Positions 1-13,476 are shown, numbered from the stretch's first letter. The stretch is 64,000 nucleotides of DNA from Octopus sinensis (GCF_006345805.1 NC_043010.1:55242001-55306000); one strand, 5' to 3'. The notes: a model not told the origin generated them from the sequence alone. Made by a program: numbers and translations.

Positions 1-94
1 CTGTAACGATTGTGTCTGCTCGCCGTATTCTCAGGGTGTATATATTTGTTTCAAAGTTTGATACAATGCCAGTAATTTATGAGGACTGCTTAAG

Positions 95-235
95 TCGATG
101 GCATCGACACCAATGTTCCACTGGTATCCATATCCTCAACCCTGAAAAGATGAAAATTAAAGCCGAAACCGGTGGTATTTCAACTCAGAATGTAAAGTCG
201 GGAAAATGCCACCAAGCATTTTTTCCATCGCAGTA
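95..235 (-). mobile_element. Degenerate SINE, family A (tRNA-derived, core CCTTTCATCCTTTCGGGGTCGAT)
   Basis: The reverse complement reads ttctgagttgaaataccacc...tttcatcttttcagggttgagg...gataccagtgg...ggtgtcgatgccatcgacttaa, colinear with the family A copies later in the window. Confidence 0.5.
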
Positions 236-1644
236 ACAATTCTGCCAGCTCGTAGCATTTAAAATATGCAAATACTAACAAACCGTGAAAGGAAGGTAGC
301 GACATTTTGTTCGTCTTCACCGAGTTCAAGATTGCCTATCCTCCTTTCGGGATCGATAAAATATGTACCAGTACATCACTCGTGTTTATGTAACCAACTC
401 ACCTCCTCATACGGAAACCTTGACCTTGTGCCAAAATTCGAAAGTAATCTTAGAAAGAAGCCCTTATTTAATTAGGGAACATGATTGGAACATGAAGTGA
501 ATGTTACTGTTCGTAGTTAGTTTTACCTTTCTTTTGCGCTGTTATATTTGCTTTATTTACTTATAACTTGTACTCACTAATATTTCATTTATTTTGTATT
601 TATTGATATCCCTGATATTTTAGACATAGTCTTTTTTTATTGTCCTATACTTTGAGGACTCTCATTGTGCATATGATTTATTGCCCTCCACTCTTTCAAG
701 CTTATTTTATCCTCACTTCCATTGCCATATATTTTTTCTTCATTCAATTGCTGTTTGTTATTTCTATACAGTGTAGATGCGCTTTATATTTGAGAAACCA
801 CCTATATTGCCTTTATCGTTAAATTCTATTTGGAATAACTTCAGGCAAAATATCAGACCTGTCTATATGATTCAGTATATATACTTTCCATTTTTTCCCC
901 TTTCTAACAGCATATTGATCGTTTATAACCATTACAATACTTTAATGAAATCATGAATATTATAACTTTCTACATCGTAATCTTACACATTTACCTACTA
1001 ATGTTGACATAAACATTAAAATATGTAAATGTAATTATGGATACCGTGATTTCCTGAATCAGTCTGAATCAGTCCGATACACATTTACATACTCACGGTT
1101 CCACAACTATTAAAATATTTAAATGAAATAATGGATATTGTTATTTTCTACTTTGGCGTGACACACATTTACCTATATATTGTTTTATAGAGATTAAAAT
1201 ACGTTAATGAAATTATAAACATCGTCATAGTCTGTCACATCTTTAAACACATTTGAATATTCATGCTTTCATATATATTAAAATACGTTAATGAATTTAT
1301 AATACTTTAATTTCCCATATCAATGTAGCATACATTTATGTACTCGTCGCTTCATGCTCAAGTAAAACACGTATATGAATTTTCTGTTCCCATAGTTATT
1401 AGTTTATACAAAATTTGCTATAGTTTTATAGCGTTGAATTTGTATCTGCGTCGGTGCCATTAGAGTTTAAGAAGTTTCATGAAAAAACTTTCATAGCTGA
1501 GCAAGTTTCTCCACTTTATCAAAATTCGAATGAAATTAGAGTGGGCGTTTCTTCAAGTACATAGCCAAAGTAAATTGTGTCTTTTTTTTTAAATGTTCAG
1601 AATACTATTACTTCGGGTGTTAACGAAGCTTCTTTCCCTAAAGA

Positions 1645-1800
1645 GGAGTGGCTATGTGGTAAATTGCTTGTTTACCAATCACATGGTGCCGGGTTCATTC
1701 CCACTGTGTGGCATCTTGGGCAAGTGTTTCTACTATAGCCTCGGGTCGACCAAAGCCCTGTGAGTGGATTTGGTTCATGGAAACTGAAAGAAGCCCGTCG

Positions 1801-1830
<30 letters not shown>
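1645..1830 (+). mobile_element. SINE family B, 5' half (tRNA-like head GGAGTGGCTGTGTGGTAAG)
   Basis: ggagtggctatgtggtaaattgcttg...cttgggcaagtg...gtgagtggatttgg...gaaagaagcccgtcg, then (TA)n(TG)n; matches the fuller copy at 60178-60577. Confidence 0.8.
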
Positions 1831-1831
<1 letters not shown>

Positions 1832-1922
1832 ACATTCACAAAATTTTATTTGACAAGTTCTAGAGAGGAACGAAAGCGCTAATAATAATGAAGAAGTAAA
1901 AGAATTTATGTCGACTTTTTTT

Positions 1923-1957
<35 letters not shown>

Positions 1958-1961
<4 letters not shown>

Positions 1962-2240
1962 CGTGATCACCGTGACCGACCAGGCTATCAGATGTTGTTA
2001 CACATCGCTGGTCACAATGCGTGTCGCATTGTTTTAGCTTTCAAATGAGGCCAACCCCGCTGGCTAAGCGAGCAGGCCGACAGAAGAAAGAGTGAGAGAA
2101 AGTTGTAGCGAAAGAGTACAACAGGGAACACCACCCGCCTCTGGCTCAATAAACATTCAAACGCCCTGTCTGGGTATCGAAACCGCGATCCTACAACCGC
2201 GATTCCGCTCCACTAATCACTAGGTCATTGCGCCTCCACA
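1958..2240 (-). mobile_element. SINE family C (tRNA-derived head)
   Basis: The minus strand starts tgtggaggcgcaatgacctagtgattag...gcggtttcgatacccagacagggcg (A/B-box-like); homologous to 50495-50860. Confidence 0.65.
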
Positions 2241-3496
2241 CAGTATATATATGTGTATGTGTGTGTGTATGTATGTATATATATTACAACTATCTGCCTA
2301 TCAATCTATTTATCTCTCTCACTTTCTCTCTTTCTTTCTTTCTCTCTCTCTCTTTCTCTCTTACTCCCCTTCTCTCACTCACCCATTCGCTCTGTCTATC
2401 AGAGAATTCTCCAAGACTGAACTATGAGAGTAGCCGTGGAATAATAGTGTTGATGTTCTCCAGGAACTGGAGATTGTTTTTTTAGTAACCAGTTCCTATG
2501 TAGCATTCTACAGAAGTTAAGTGCGAGGATGGTGTGTTGTGATGTTTATCAGAAAACGGTTTACAATGTAACAGAGGCAGTTGACTTCATGATCATAATT
2601 GAACGCGTTTGACCATTCCACATTTAGATCAATATTGATGTAAAGCCAAACAATGTTAGAAACAAACAGCCAATAGTGTTTCCACGCTGTCACTCAGCGT
2701 GTTGCGAGTAAAACTAGGTCGGGGGGATTATACCGTTAGCGATTTATTCCAGAACGAAAATAGCAGAAGTTCATATTGTTAACCCATGTGTTTATGCGGA
2801 GAGGTGGCGTGGCGTGAGTGGAGATCGGTATTTCCTATTTAATGTGAAACAAAGCACAAAACATTAACAAACTCGACAGCTGTTGTTGAAGAGACACAAA
2901 TACAGAGACGTTGGTAATCATTTCGCCGTTTCAGATTCGCCTCGAGGTGAATTCATTAAAAATGAGGAAAAAATGAAAAATTTAAACTCGTTACTTCCTG
3001 TTGAACAGAAACAATAAATAATAGCATTGAAGAAAAAAAAACATAATAAAATACAGAAAATAAAGCTTATTTTTAGGTCAAAATAACAACAGCAATGAAC
3101 AGAATATTACCAAAAAAGAAGAAAAAAACCGTTAAGGTACCAGTTACTAATGATCTGTTTTCTTGTTTTTTCCCCCCTTTTTTCTTTCTGTTAGTGTTAC
3201 ATATAAATTATTTTATTTTTTCAATCATTTTTTTTTCTGAATGTAATTTTATTGTATAGAATTTACTGATAAAGCAAATTGATTTAATGATAATTATATT
3301 TTTATTCTTTAAGTAAGAATGAACCTAGCAAAATAAATAGATAAAATTATAAATAAATAAATTTATAAATTTATAAAATGCTTTCAAGCTATGTTAAGTT
3401 TAAGTTATCAAACTATTTGAAATATAGAATTTAAAAAAATGTATCATAACCCGTGGCAACAGTTCCTGTGAAATTGTTATTGCTTTTGTTGTGGTA

Positions 3497-3555
<59 letters not shown>

Positions 3556-3680
3556 CATTATCGTGACCATCACCATCGTTATAATGACAATAAACATTGT
3601 AAAAGTGATGCTGATTATTTGTAATCAAGTTAATGTGCATGTAGCATGTACCCCAACGAAATAATATATATAAACACAAT

Positions 3681-3719
3681 AGGCGCAGGAGTGGCTGTAT
3701 GGTAAGTAGCTTGCTTACT
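3681..3719 (+). mobile_element. SINE family B head interrupted after AAGTAGCTTGCTTAC
   Basis: aggcgcaggagtggctgtatggtaagtagcttgcttact, then unrelated sequence. Confidence 0.75.
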
Positions 3720-3939
3720 GCAGGGAACTTCTGCGGGGGCTCGGATGAGAAAGAAGAAGTTTAAGGAAAATTTTGTAATTTTTGTGATTTTTGTGTAAAA
3801 TTGAATAACAGAACAGTGATTTGGAGGGGTTATCAGTCGGCGGGCGGCGGTGCCCCTCCCATTTTTGTTCATCATTATCATCCTCATCTCATTAATGCCT
3901 TTATCTCTGTACGGCTTTCATGGCTAATTTGATGAATAA
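3720..3939 (+). mobile_element. 5'-truncated non-LTR retrotransposon 3' end with a 15-16 bp target-site duplication
   Basis: Flanked by identical aagtagcttgcttact at 3704-3719 and 3940-3955; ends ...tgtacggctttcatggctaatttgatgaataa; homologous to 26290-26419. Confidence 0.65.
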
Positions 3940-3955
3940 AAGTAGCTTGCTTACT

Positions 3956-5630
3956 CTCGACGCATAGCCGTCAGTTGTCGGCAACTGCTACTGTGAATGT
4001 CACGTCGATTCGAGCTGCGTGACTAAGAGAAATATAAGAGACTGGCTACAGTCTCTTATATTTATATAAGACTTTTTGATTTTTTGAGTTCGGTGGGGAT
4101 TTATTGTTGTGTTATATTTAATAGATACCTGTTCAACTCTAAATATTTTTGTCTGCTTGTGGTGGGTCTAGTTGTACTCAGTTTTGGTGGGCGTATCTCG
4201 CTACCAAAAAGTTTGTGTGTTTGGTGGGCGTATCTCGGCACCAAACTATTGTTCCTGTGCCTTGGAGTACCTGGTTTGCTGCAGTTCCTGCTTCGGAGTG
4301 TCTGGTTTTGCTGCCAATTTCAAGTTGTAAAGTCGCCTTGAACTGCGTGAATAAGAGGCAAAAAGAAAGACTCGCTACAGCTAGGACTTTTTGTTATTTT
4401 GAGTTGGTGTGGATTTGTTGTGCTGCTATTTTTAATAAATCCCTGCTGAACTCTAGACATTTTTCTGCCTGTGGTCTAGTTATACTCATATTCTAGAGAG
4501 TTAAAATTTTTTGGTTTGTTTTGGTGGGCTTATCTCGCCACCAAAATATTGTTTCTGTACGTGGTTTGTTGAAATTCCTACCATGGAGTACCTAGCTTTG
4601 CTCTGGCTACCAAGTCCCAGTTTGGGCCAGGAGTACCTGTGGCCGGAAGAATGTGTTCGTCGTGTCATTTCGTTTTGTTTTTTTCCTGAACTGCTTTCTC
4701 GTCTTCTGTTTACTTCAAAGACTTTCTTTTGAACTATCTCTGGGAACTTTCTTTTTGTGTTTGCTAACATGACGGTCAACAAGGACAACAAGAAAAGTAC
4801 TGCTTTGGAGTGGGAGATTATCCCACCCAAACAGTGGCATAAAAAGTAAGAGAAGAAGACGGTGGTGTTGAGAACGTACTCGAAAGTTCCTGACGCCATT
4901 GCTGCCTTCTACTACTCGTCAGCAGTAAATTGAAAAGGGGTTATTAGACTATCTGCCAACTGTGAAGTTTATTGCCTGGGGTGTCGGATATTTAACGATT
5001 TGGTTGCTAATTGACAAGCCGGAGGAGGCTCGTATTTTTGCGAGCCAGCACCTGGAGGGCAATAAAATTTTATTTCTTCCAAAGTATAGTGGGAGGAAAT
5101 TGACGAGGGCTTGGATCTGAGGGATGCCGCCCCATATAGTACCAAGGTGGGTAGAGGACAACCTTCCTCAGTAAGAAAGAAAAAAAGAGGACGAAAAAGA
5201 AAAACGGGACATTGCCGGCAACACAATACCGGCATATCCCGGAACTTCGTCGGTGGTAGTTGTGCAACCGACGGCTGAAGATCCATCGTCGGTGGGAATT
5301 GTGTCACCGATGTTGGAAGTGACTACCCCGCCCCCTCAAGGAGAAGAATTACTTGTCTTCTTCTACAGGGGCAGGGAGGTGGCGAAGCACCAAGAATGAA
5401 TAGTTCTGACCCGCACAGGGGATGCCGAATGATAACTGTGGAGCTCATAAAGTTGCCCGTGGTGCAAAGCCTGAAGGAACTCAGAGAGGAGGATCGCTTA
5501 TGTATATGTATATATAATGCATTCTTCCCGTTAAAATACGACGTATGAGCGTTCAGTTTTTGCCGAACGAACTCTATAAATGATTTCCTTAATGCGATCA
5601 AATGTTCGTGCCGCCCGTCAGCTCACTCTG
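3956..5630 (+). pseudogene. Putative non-LTR retrotransposon 5' region with degenerate ORF1 (L1/Tx1-like, inferred)
   Basis: Starts right after the duplicated target. It has an internally duplicated 5' region (about 4070-4260 vs 4385-4590). A stop- and frameshift-interrupted frame from ATG at about 4769 reads MTVNKDNKKSTALEWEIIPPK...KILFLPKYSGRKLTRAWI*GMPPHIVPRWV...MLEVTTPPPQGEELLVFFYRGREVAK and is homologous to 25575-26100. Confidence 0.5.
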
Positions 5631-5810
5631 TCCACCAAATAGGCGTTGTCTGAATAGGTGCACCGTGGACTACTCGTCAGTTGTCGAAGTTATCGCAGAG
5701 TAACTCGAGATGAAGTGTTATATTCCAGAAAATGCGGCAACGCCCAGTTCAGGAATTGAAATGCCGATCGAGGGCGATGCCGAGTAACCACAAGACCATG
5801 CATCCAGACT
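5630..5810 (-). mobile_element. Degenerate SINE family C fragment truncating the upstream element
   Basis: cgcccagttcaggaattgaaatgccgatc...taaccacaagaccatgcatcc resembles 50800-50860 (cgcccggtctgagaattgaaatcgcgatcc...taaccactgggctattgcgcctcc). Confidence 0.4.
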
Positions 5811-6221
5811 GTGTGTACGTATGTGTGTAAAAATCGTATACATATGTGTGAACATAAACTTTTGAACCAGAAGTAGTTTTAAATAGGAACTTAGCATTTA
5901 ACCAATATACTAGCAAGATGTTTTTGTCTCATGGCAACACAACGGTATTTTCCCATCAACGGAAACGGTGCAAAATCATAAACGAATATATTTATATATA
6001 TAAATATATATATATAAGTAATCTGAATAAATTTATAATTCTCAAAAGCGAAAAAGTGCAATATGTTCAGAAATATTTATTATGTTTGTCTTAAACAAAA
6101 GCGAAGCATTGAATTTAAGTTTTATTTCTAACGTTGGTTTGAGATTTTAGAAGGAAACATATTTATATACAATTTGACCTTTGGAACAATATATTTTGTA
6201 CTTTTAACGATACTAGCTACG

Positions 6222-6250
<29 letters not shown>

Positions 6251-6256
<6 letters not shown>

Positions 6257-7526
6257 AATAAAATAGAACATATGCATATATATAAACATATATGTACGTA
6301 CCTACCTCTACATGTACATATACACGCATATATGTGTACAGGACACCAAAAAGACGTCGAACACATAGAGAGACGAAACACATAGACACAAACCAAGGAA
6401 CAAGACAAGCAAAAAAAAAAAAAAAGAGAGATACAGGACAATAAGCACAACGAAAAATCCCCTTCTTCAGTCGCTAAGGTTTCATCTACTAAACGTTTCG
6501 AAGGATAAAAGCGAGACGTATACTTCGAAGAAAACTTCCTTCCCGCGAAAAGCAAATCAATTAAAATTCTGAGATCTTTTCGCAGAGGGGTAAAAAAAAG
6601 CAAGACGGTAACGACAGTACAAACATATAAACAGTAAAAAATATATATATAAACAGTGGAAAAATAAAAATATAACAGTGAGAGACAGGACAAGGAGAAC
6701 AAGATAAGAAGAGCTGTTAACGCCAGACGAAAAAAGTATTGCAAACGCTGGATTATCGTGGACGACGAGAGAGAGAAAATGTGTCGATCAGTAGCCTTAG
6801 AAGGCGGGCGAGAAAGGACAGGATAGCAGTTACGACGGAAGTATCGTCGCAGATGGACGACGGGAATGGGGGAGGAGGAGCAAGAGGAAGAGAGAGAAGA
6901 AGGGGAATGGTGCGAGGAGACCATGAAGAATGGTGAAAGGGAGAGAGAGAATGAAGAATGAGAGAGAGAGGAAGAGACAAGTTAAGTGAGGGAAAAAAAG
7001 ACGAAAAAGGGAATGGGAGAGAAAGAAAGAAAGATGCAGAGTCGCGTGAGAGTTAATATCAAGGCTAACTTGATAAACAGAACAATCTTACTTAATAGGG
7101 TGCGTGCGTTTAGTCGTATAATATGTTAATAAAATAGAACATATGCATATATATAAACATATATGTACGTACCTACCTCTACATGTACATATACACGCAT
7201 ATATGTGTACAGGACACCAAAAAGACGTCGAACACATAGAGAGACGAAACACATAGACACAAACCAAGGAACAAGACAAGCAAAAAAAAAAAAAAAGAGT
7301 GATACAGGACAATAAGCACAACGAAAAATCCCCTTCTTCAGTCGCTAAGGTTTCATCTACTAAACGTTTCGAAGGATAAAAGCGAGACGTATACTTCGAA
7401 GAAAACTTTCTTCCCGCGAAAAGCAAATCAATTAAAATTCTGAGATCTTTTCGCAGAGGGGTAAAAAAAGCAAGACGGTAACGACAGTACAAACATATAA
7501 CAGTAAAAAATATATATAAACAGTGG

Positions 7527-7530
<4 letters not shown>
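6251..7530. repeat. Near-identical ~410-bp direct duplication (6251-6664 and about 7120-7530)
   Basis: tatgttaataaaatagaacatatgc...aaacagtggaaaa occurs twice with only a few differences (gagagatac vs gagtgatac; cttccttccc vs ctttcttccc). Confidence 0.9.
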
Positions 7531-7582
<52 letters not shown>

Positions 7583-7589
7583 AGAGAGA

Positions 7590-7624
<35 letters not shown>

Positions 7625-8265
7625 CTAGATAGATAGTTAGAGATACATATATACCAATATATATATGTGAGTGTGTATAAAAATATAATTTCTCGTAAGT
7701 TACGGTTCTAAAGACTAAACAAAAAGTTAGGTGGTATATTTATTATATTGATATTTGAAATGATTACAAGAAAGGATATAGTTATTTGATATTTAAAATA
7801 AATATGTAGTTTATCTATTTAAGCACTTGTAACGAAAACGCCGATATCAACGACTAAATGTCATCTGTATATGTTGTACGGTCAATCTGGGAATATATAT
7901 ACAGATTATTACAACTATAGTTTCATATAGAAAATCCAAACGACGTGTTTGAATTTCAGCTGTAAGAAAATATGTGTAAATATAGCGTAATTTTTAAAAC
8001 AGCAGGGTAATCTCAAACTTACTTGTACATCCAAATACATAAAAGGCGAAAATATACTTTCAAGAATGGAGCACTAAATATACAGATTCTGCAAGAGAAG
8101 ACGTATGTGGTGGTCACGTTTCGAAATTTTGTGATCATAGTCCTACTCTCTCAGAATATGTAGCATATCTCATAGTTGTTATATTTAAGAATTGAAATTA
8201 CGATCGTGAGTGACGCCATCTAACTACTAGTATATATATATCGAGACTCTGCGTGTGTGTGTGTG

Positions 8266-8320
<55 letters not shown>

Positions 8321-9421
8321 TGTGTGCGTGTGAGTGTGTGTGAAAAGTTACCTGAAATACAAGTGTTTAATCGAAGGCTTAAGTAGTTCACTTTTATCGT
8401 ATTAAATTGAAGTGTAAATATTTTGAATAGAGCAATTGTAACCCTGAGAAACTCGCTGAGGGTACACATTATTTTCCTTACGTTGTGATAGCTTCTGTCA
8501 CCATCATCAGAGGAGATTGTTGAACCAGTGCGCACTATATTTTTCTCAACATTTATTAATTCTTCACCTACGCTGGAATATATACTATTAAATGTCAAAT
8601 AATGGTATAGGAGCGAGGAAGAAAGGTCAAACTTGTGTAGAGATACTAGGAGGCGCTGCTGTTATTAATAAATTAATTTGAGAAATTCTTATTTATTTCT
8701 CCAGACGATTTAGAAATGGAGATCAAAGAATATGTATATCAAGTACTTCGATGCTTTCAATTGACATGTTGTTTTTACTGATATTATCACATGTGCAATT
8801 GACATTAATATTTTATAAAACATGTATTAAACATATTTTAGAATGATAACTACCGCAACGTGGCACAAAATCGAAATATTGGTTTCAAATTTTCTCCCAA
8901 GTCCAGCGATTTCCGGAGTGGGGCTAAGCCGATTATATCGCCTTTCGAACGAAAGTATGAGAAGTAAATCGACCTCGGTGGAATTTGTACTGAGAACATA
9001 AAGATGGAAAAAATGCCCCATAGCTAATTTCCCAGCGTACTAATGATCTGGCTAGTTCACCGCCTTAACAATTCGGTTAATCTCGACAAAACAGCAAAAA
9101 TATTTATACTATGATAAAGTTTGAAGAATTCATATAAAGATTTTAATATCTAAACCGATATCATGTTGATTTTTTACACTTTAATCTCGGAAAGCAGAAG
9201 GTTTTATTAATAAAATAATAGGTTTCCCCCCCCCAAAATTTTAAATAAATCTAAAATGTAACTTCCTCAACATAGCGCGTCTCATCATATTGATTAGATT
9301 GAAACTGTATGTGCTTAGATGGAAGGAACAAAGTTTATTACCAAACCCCAACTATAACCATAATTTCTTTCATTTAAGGTACTTTGTTTCCTATACTTTC
9401 TCTATCTGTACTCACAGACAC

Positions 9422-9505
<84 letters not shown>

Positions 9506-9806
9506 TGGAGAAATTGTAGTCAAGGAGTAGGATTACGGTTGGACATTTATATTTACATGCATACACACACATAAGGCAAATCGAAAATAAAAGTGAAAGA
9601 CAAAGCGAGAAAAGTCAATAGGACGTACTCAATGATTGTATTATGTTGACGTTCACTTTAAGATGTTGAAAAAAACCGGGTGTGCAACGAATTGAGTATG
9701 CAATTGCGTTAGAAAAATGAAAGAGGAAAGCCCAGAGACCATATATAGCTTTTCAAATAGTGCATCTCGAAACACAAAAGACTATAAAATTATCATGAGC
9801 GCGCTA

Positions 9807-9840
<34 letters not shown>

Positions 9841-10353
9841 TGTGTTCGTGCTTTTAACTTCCGTTTGGCTTTTTGATTATGAACATTTTTTCAGTCATTA
9901 AGTATCATATTAAACCCTCTACGTAGCATCTGTTCAAATATAATTTTCTAGATCCTAGTGTCTACCTACATATATATGTTAAATCTAATACGCGTAACTT
10001 GTATTCGTGCTCATAGGATGAATTACAGAAGAAAACATAATATAGAATCATGTCTAGTTTAGTCCCTTATTTTATCTTTTGTTACGTTTATACTATACAG
10101 CTGTTTATGGAATCCACAACTGCGTAAATTCTGCCTGCTTGTTCTCTTGACCATGTCATATAGAAGGAAATTCTGACAGGCATCTATTTATTAAAAACAA
10201 TAAAAATGACCAAAATGTACTCTTTTATGGTTCAGCTTACAAATTCAAGCAGATATAACATTTCAATTTTGACTATTTCCTCATGGATACTCTACAAACA
10301 TATAACCGTGTTTTTTTTTCTTTTTCCAATACGTGTGGAAATGTTGCAATGTA

Positions 10354-10481
10354 ATGTTATTGTTATGGTTGACTATTTTACTTTCAGTCTAATTACATGT
10401 TATTGTAATGGTTGACTATTTTACTTTCAGTCTAATTACATGTTATTGTAATGGTTGACTATTTTACTTTCAGTCTAATTA
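10354..10481. repeat. 43-bp minisatellite x3
   Basis: atgttattgtaatggttgactattttactttcagtctaattac repeated three times. Confidence 0.95.
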
Positions 10482-11350
10482 AATTTTTAGTTCCGTTATC
10501 AAATGTCACCTTTAAATTACTCTCATGTAATGTTCTTTATATTCTCTTCTAATCCTTAAACGTAATAATATATTATATATCCATACTCTATCCTCGAATG
10601 TTTCGAACTTCATTTACTACGACACTTTTCCTCTATCAATGATCTGAAAAAAATCAGCCAATTGTTATATACTCCATCAAATTAACGGTCCTATTTAAAT
10701 GTACAAAAACCGCTATAATTCTAATCGGGATAGCTGATGATCGGTAAATTTTCGTTCATTCTCATTCTCCATTGCATGTTGTACACGCACTTGGTCATTA
10801 CTTACACGCTACCTTTCATGTGTTGTTATTGTCATGCCACTCTGTCACACTGTGTTTCTGCATCTTCACACTATCATTCTGTGCAGTTGCTCACCAATAC
10901 ATTTTAAAATCTAGAAAAGTAGGTTACTAGAGGTTTGCCCGAGGGCTATTTGCAAATATAAGAGCAGAGGATCTAAGAAAGTTCAATAAAAGTGCTTATG
11001 CGATTGAACTCAATATATGTAAAACGCATGAATATATCGATTTCTAAACGGGATGAAAACAACTTTCAAAAAAAAAGTGCACTTACATATAAACTTTTAC
11101 GTGTTTTGGTGTGTGTGTGCATGTGTGAATGTGTGAGTACGCGCACGCGCATTTTGATGTACTTTTGTGATACAATATGTCTACCTATTGCAAAAATTAT
11201 CAGATTTGTAAATATACATGTGTGTATGTGTGCAATTCTATATATGCATACACCTATATAAATGTAATTTATTCTGTCCATCTCTGACCCTCTCTTTCTC
11301 TATTACTCACTCTCTGTCTATGTATCTATGTATGTATGTATGTATGCATC

Positions 11351-11381
<31 letters not shown>

Positions 11382-11408
11382 CTACATATATATATATATA
11401 TAATATAT

Positions 11409-11457
<49 letters not shown>

Positions 11458-11499
11458 GTGTGTATATATATGTATATTTATATACTTTTTATTTCTTTA

Positions 11500-11655
11500 T
11501 TGCCCACAAGAGGCTAAACACATAGGAGACAAACAAGGACAGACAAACGGATTAAGTGGATTACATCGGCCCAGTGCCTAACTGGTACTTAATTTATCGA
11601 CCCCGAAAGGATGAACAGCAAAGTCGACCTCAGCGGAATTCGAACTCAAAACGTT
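11500..11655 (-). mobile_element. SINE family A module
   Basis: gcccacaagaggctaaac...ggtacttaatttatcgaccccgaaaggatgaa...gcggaattcgaactca. Confidence 0.8.
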
Positions 11656-12143
11656 ATATACACATATATATACATACATACATACATACATACACACTCA
11701 CACACACACATATATATATATATAATATATATATGTACACACATACATACAAACATGCATATGTTAACACGATCTTAATCACAAAATGTTCAGTTTGTTT
11801 TATATGCAAAAATAGTGTAACATGGAAATATTCCTTTGCTTGTTGAAATTTCGATTTTAATGTTATTGATTTCTTTTTCTTTTTGCTTTATCACGCGAGA
11901 AAAAAAATTAGGTATTGTAATTCAGATATATATATTTTGACCTTGTTAGTGAGCTAGTAATATATTTTATTACATAGTTGCAACGAATGAACATGGATAT
12001 GTTTCATAAGGTAGTAAATCTCTTCTCAATTCACGATGAAGCTTATTTCTCATGTTATATCATAAGATGTTTCTTTTTTCTTTGATTTTCGATCCGATAT
12101 TTGAAGGCGAAAACACGTTGGTGAAGTATTTGAGTTTATGTGC

Positions 12144-12174
<31 letters not shown>

Positions 12175-12192
12175 TGTATGTATGCATGCATG

Positions 12193-12261
<69 letters not shown>

Positions 12262-12263
12262 AT

Positions 12264-12335
<72 letters not shown>

Positions 12336-12517
12336 TATATACATATACACATATATATATATATATTGAAATGGATAAATGAATTATCTTGTTACGGATT
12401 ATTCAAATGATAACCGATACCTGGGTAGCAAAAATCACAACAGAAAAATCACGGTTGAGGTTACGACCATGTGGTCTCAAACCCGTGCCTTAGTGCGGAA
12501 ATTTGAAGTTTTATATA

Positions 12518-12897
12518 TTTAGTGTAGGAAGAAATGGAGCTGAACGAAGATTTAACAAAATTCTTTTTTATTATTTTCTATATATGTTTCAAAGGCTGCA
12601 AAGTCCCTAATTCGGATTGAATAAGGAGACCATTTGCAGCCTTCTCTTCAGGAAAATCCAGGAATTTAATTCTCCAACAAAATGCACAGCAAGCTTTTCG
12701 ACAAACGCTCACGAGGAGCCCATGGGATAAATGGCACAAAACTGTCTCTCAATATGCGTTGACGACAGGCTGGGTGAAAGCCGACGAAAAAGTCCGTTGA
12801 GATAATTCAAGGTCAAAATCCGGTTAAACATATGTAGAAAATAATAAAAAGGAATTTTGTTAAATCTTCGTTCAGCTCCATTTCTTCCTACACTAAA
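12518..12897. mobile_element. MITE with ~72-bp terminal inverted repeats and TA flanks
   Basis: Left tttagtgtaggaagaaatggagctgaacgaagatttaacaaaattcttttttattattttctatatatgttt is the reverse complement of the right end with 2 mismatches; TA at 12516-17 and 12898-99. Confidence 0.8.
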
Positions 12898-13319
12898 TAC
12901 ATATATATATATATATATATCGAGAGGATAAGAGACATTAGAACATTAGAAAATAAGAAACATAGTAAAGAAAAGGAACGTAAAATTAATAGAGAGGAAA
13001 GAAGATGATGAAGTAGAAAATATGAAAAGTGAATGGAGGATGTCAAAGAGACAAAAAGAGACAAAAAGAACATGAAGGGGAGGGGGAAGAGGAGGAAGAA
13101 GGGGATGAGGGGAATGACAGGGAGGAATGCAGAGTCATGAGAAGCTGAATCGATATGATGAAAATTTCAAAGTGTATTGAAAAAAAGATGAAACAGCGAA
13201 AGATAGGAAAGAAAAAATATGCTGAATTAACTCTTCTTTTAATACTGAATGTAAAATATACGGATGCAAAAATATTGTAGGGACAAGAAGATAACGGAAA
13301 GGGACAAAGAACAAAATAG

Positions 13320-13365
13320 CAGTAGTAGTAGTAGCAGACACGACAGCAGGCAGCAAGCAAAATCT

Positions 13366-13426
<61 letters not shown>

Positions 13427-13434
13427 AAGTGGTG

Positions 13435-13476
<42 letters not shown>

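Noticed and set aside
8227-8660. ~105-codon open minus-strand frame (…VGEELINVEKNIVRTGSTISSDDGDRSYHN…) with possible splice sites
   Set aside because: I recognise no homology or neighbouring exons and the acceptor is weak. It needs RNA-seq or tBLASTn before being called an exon.
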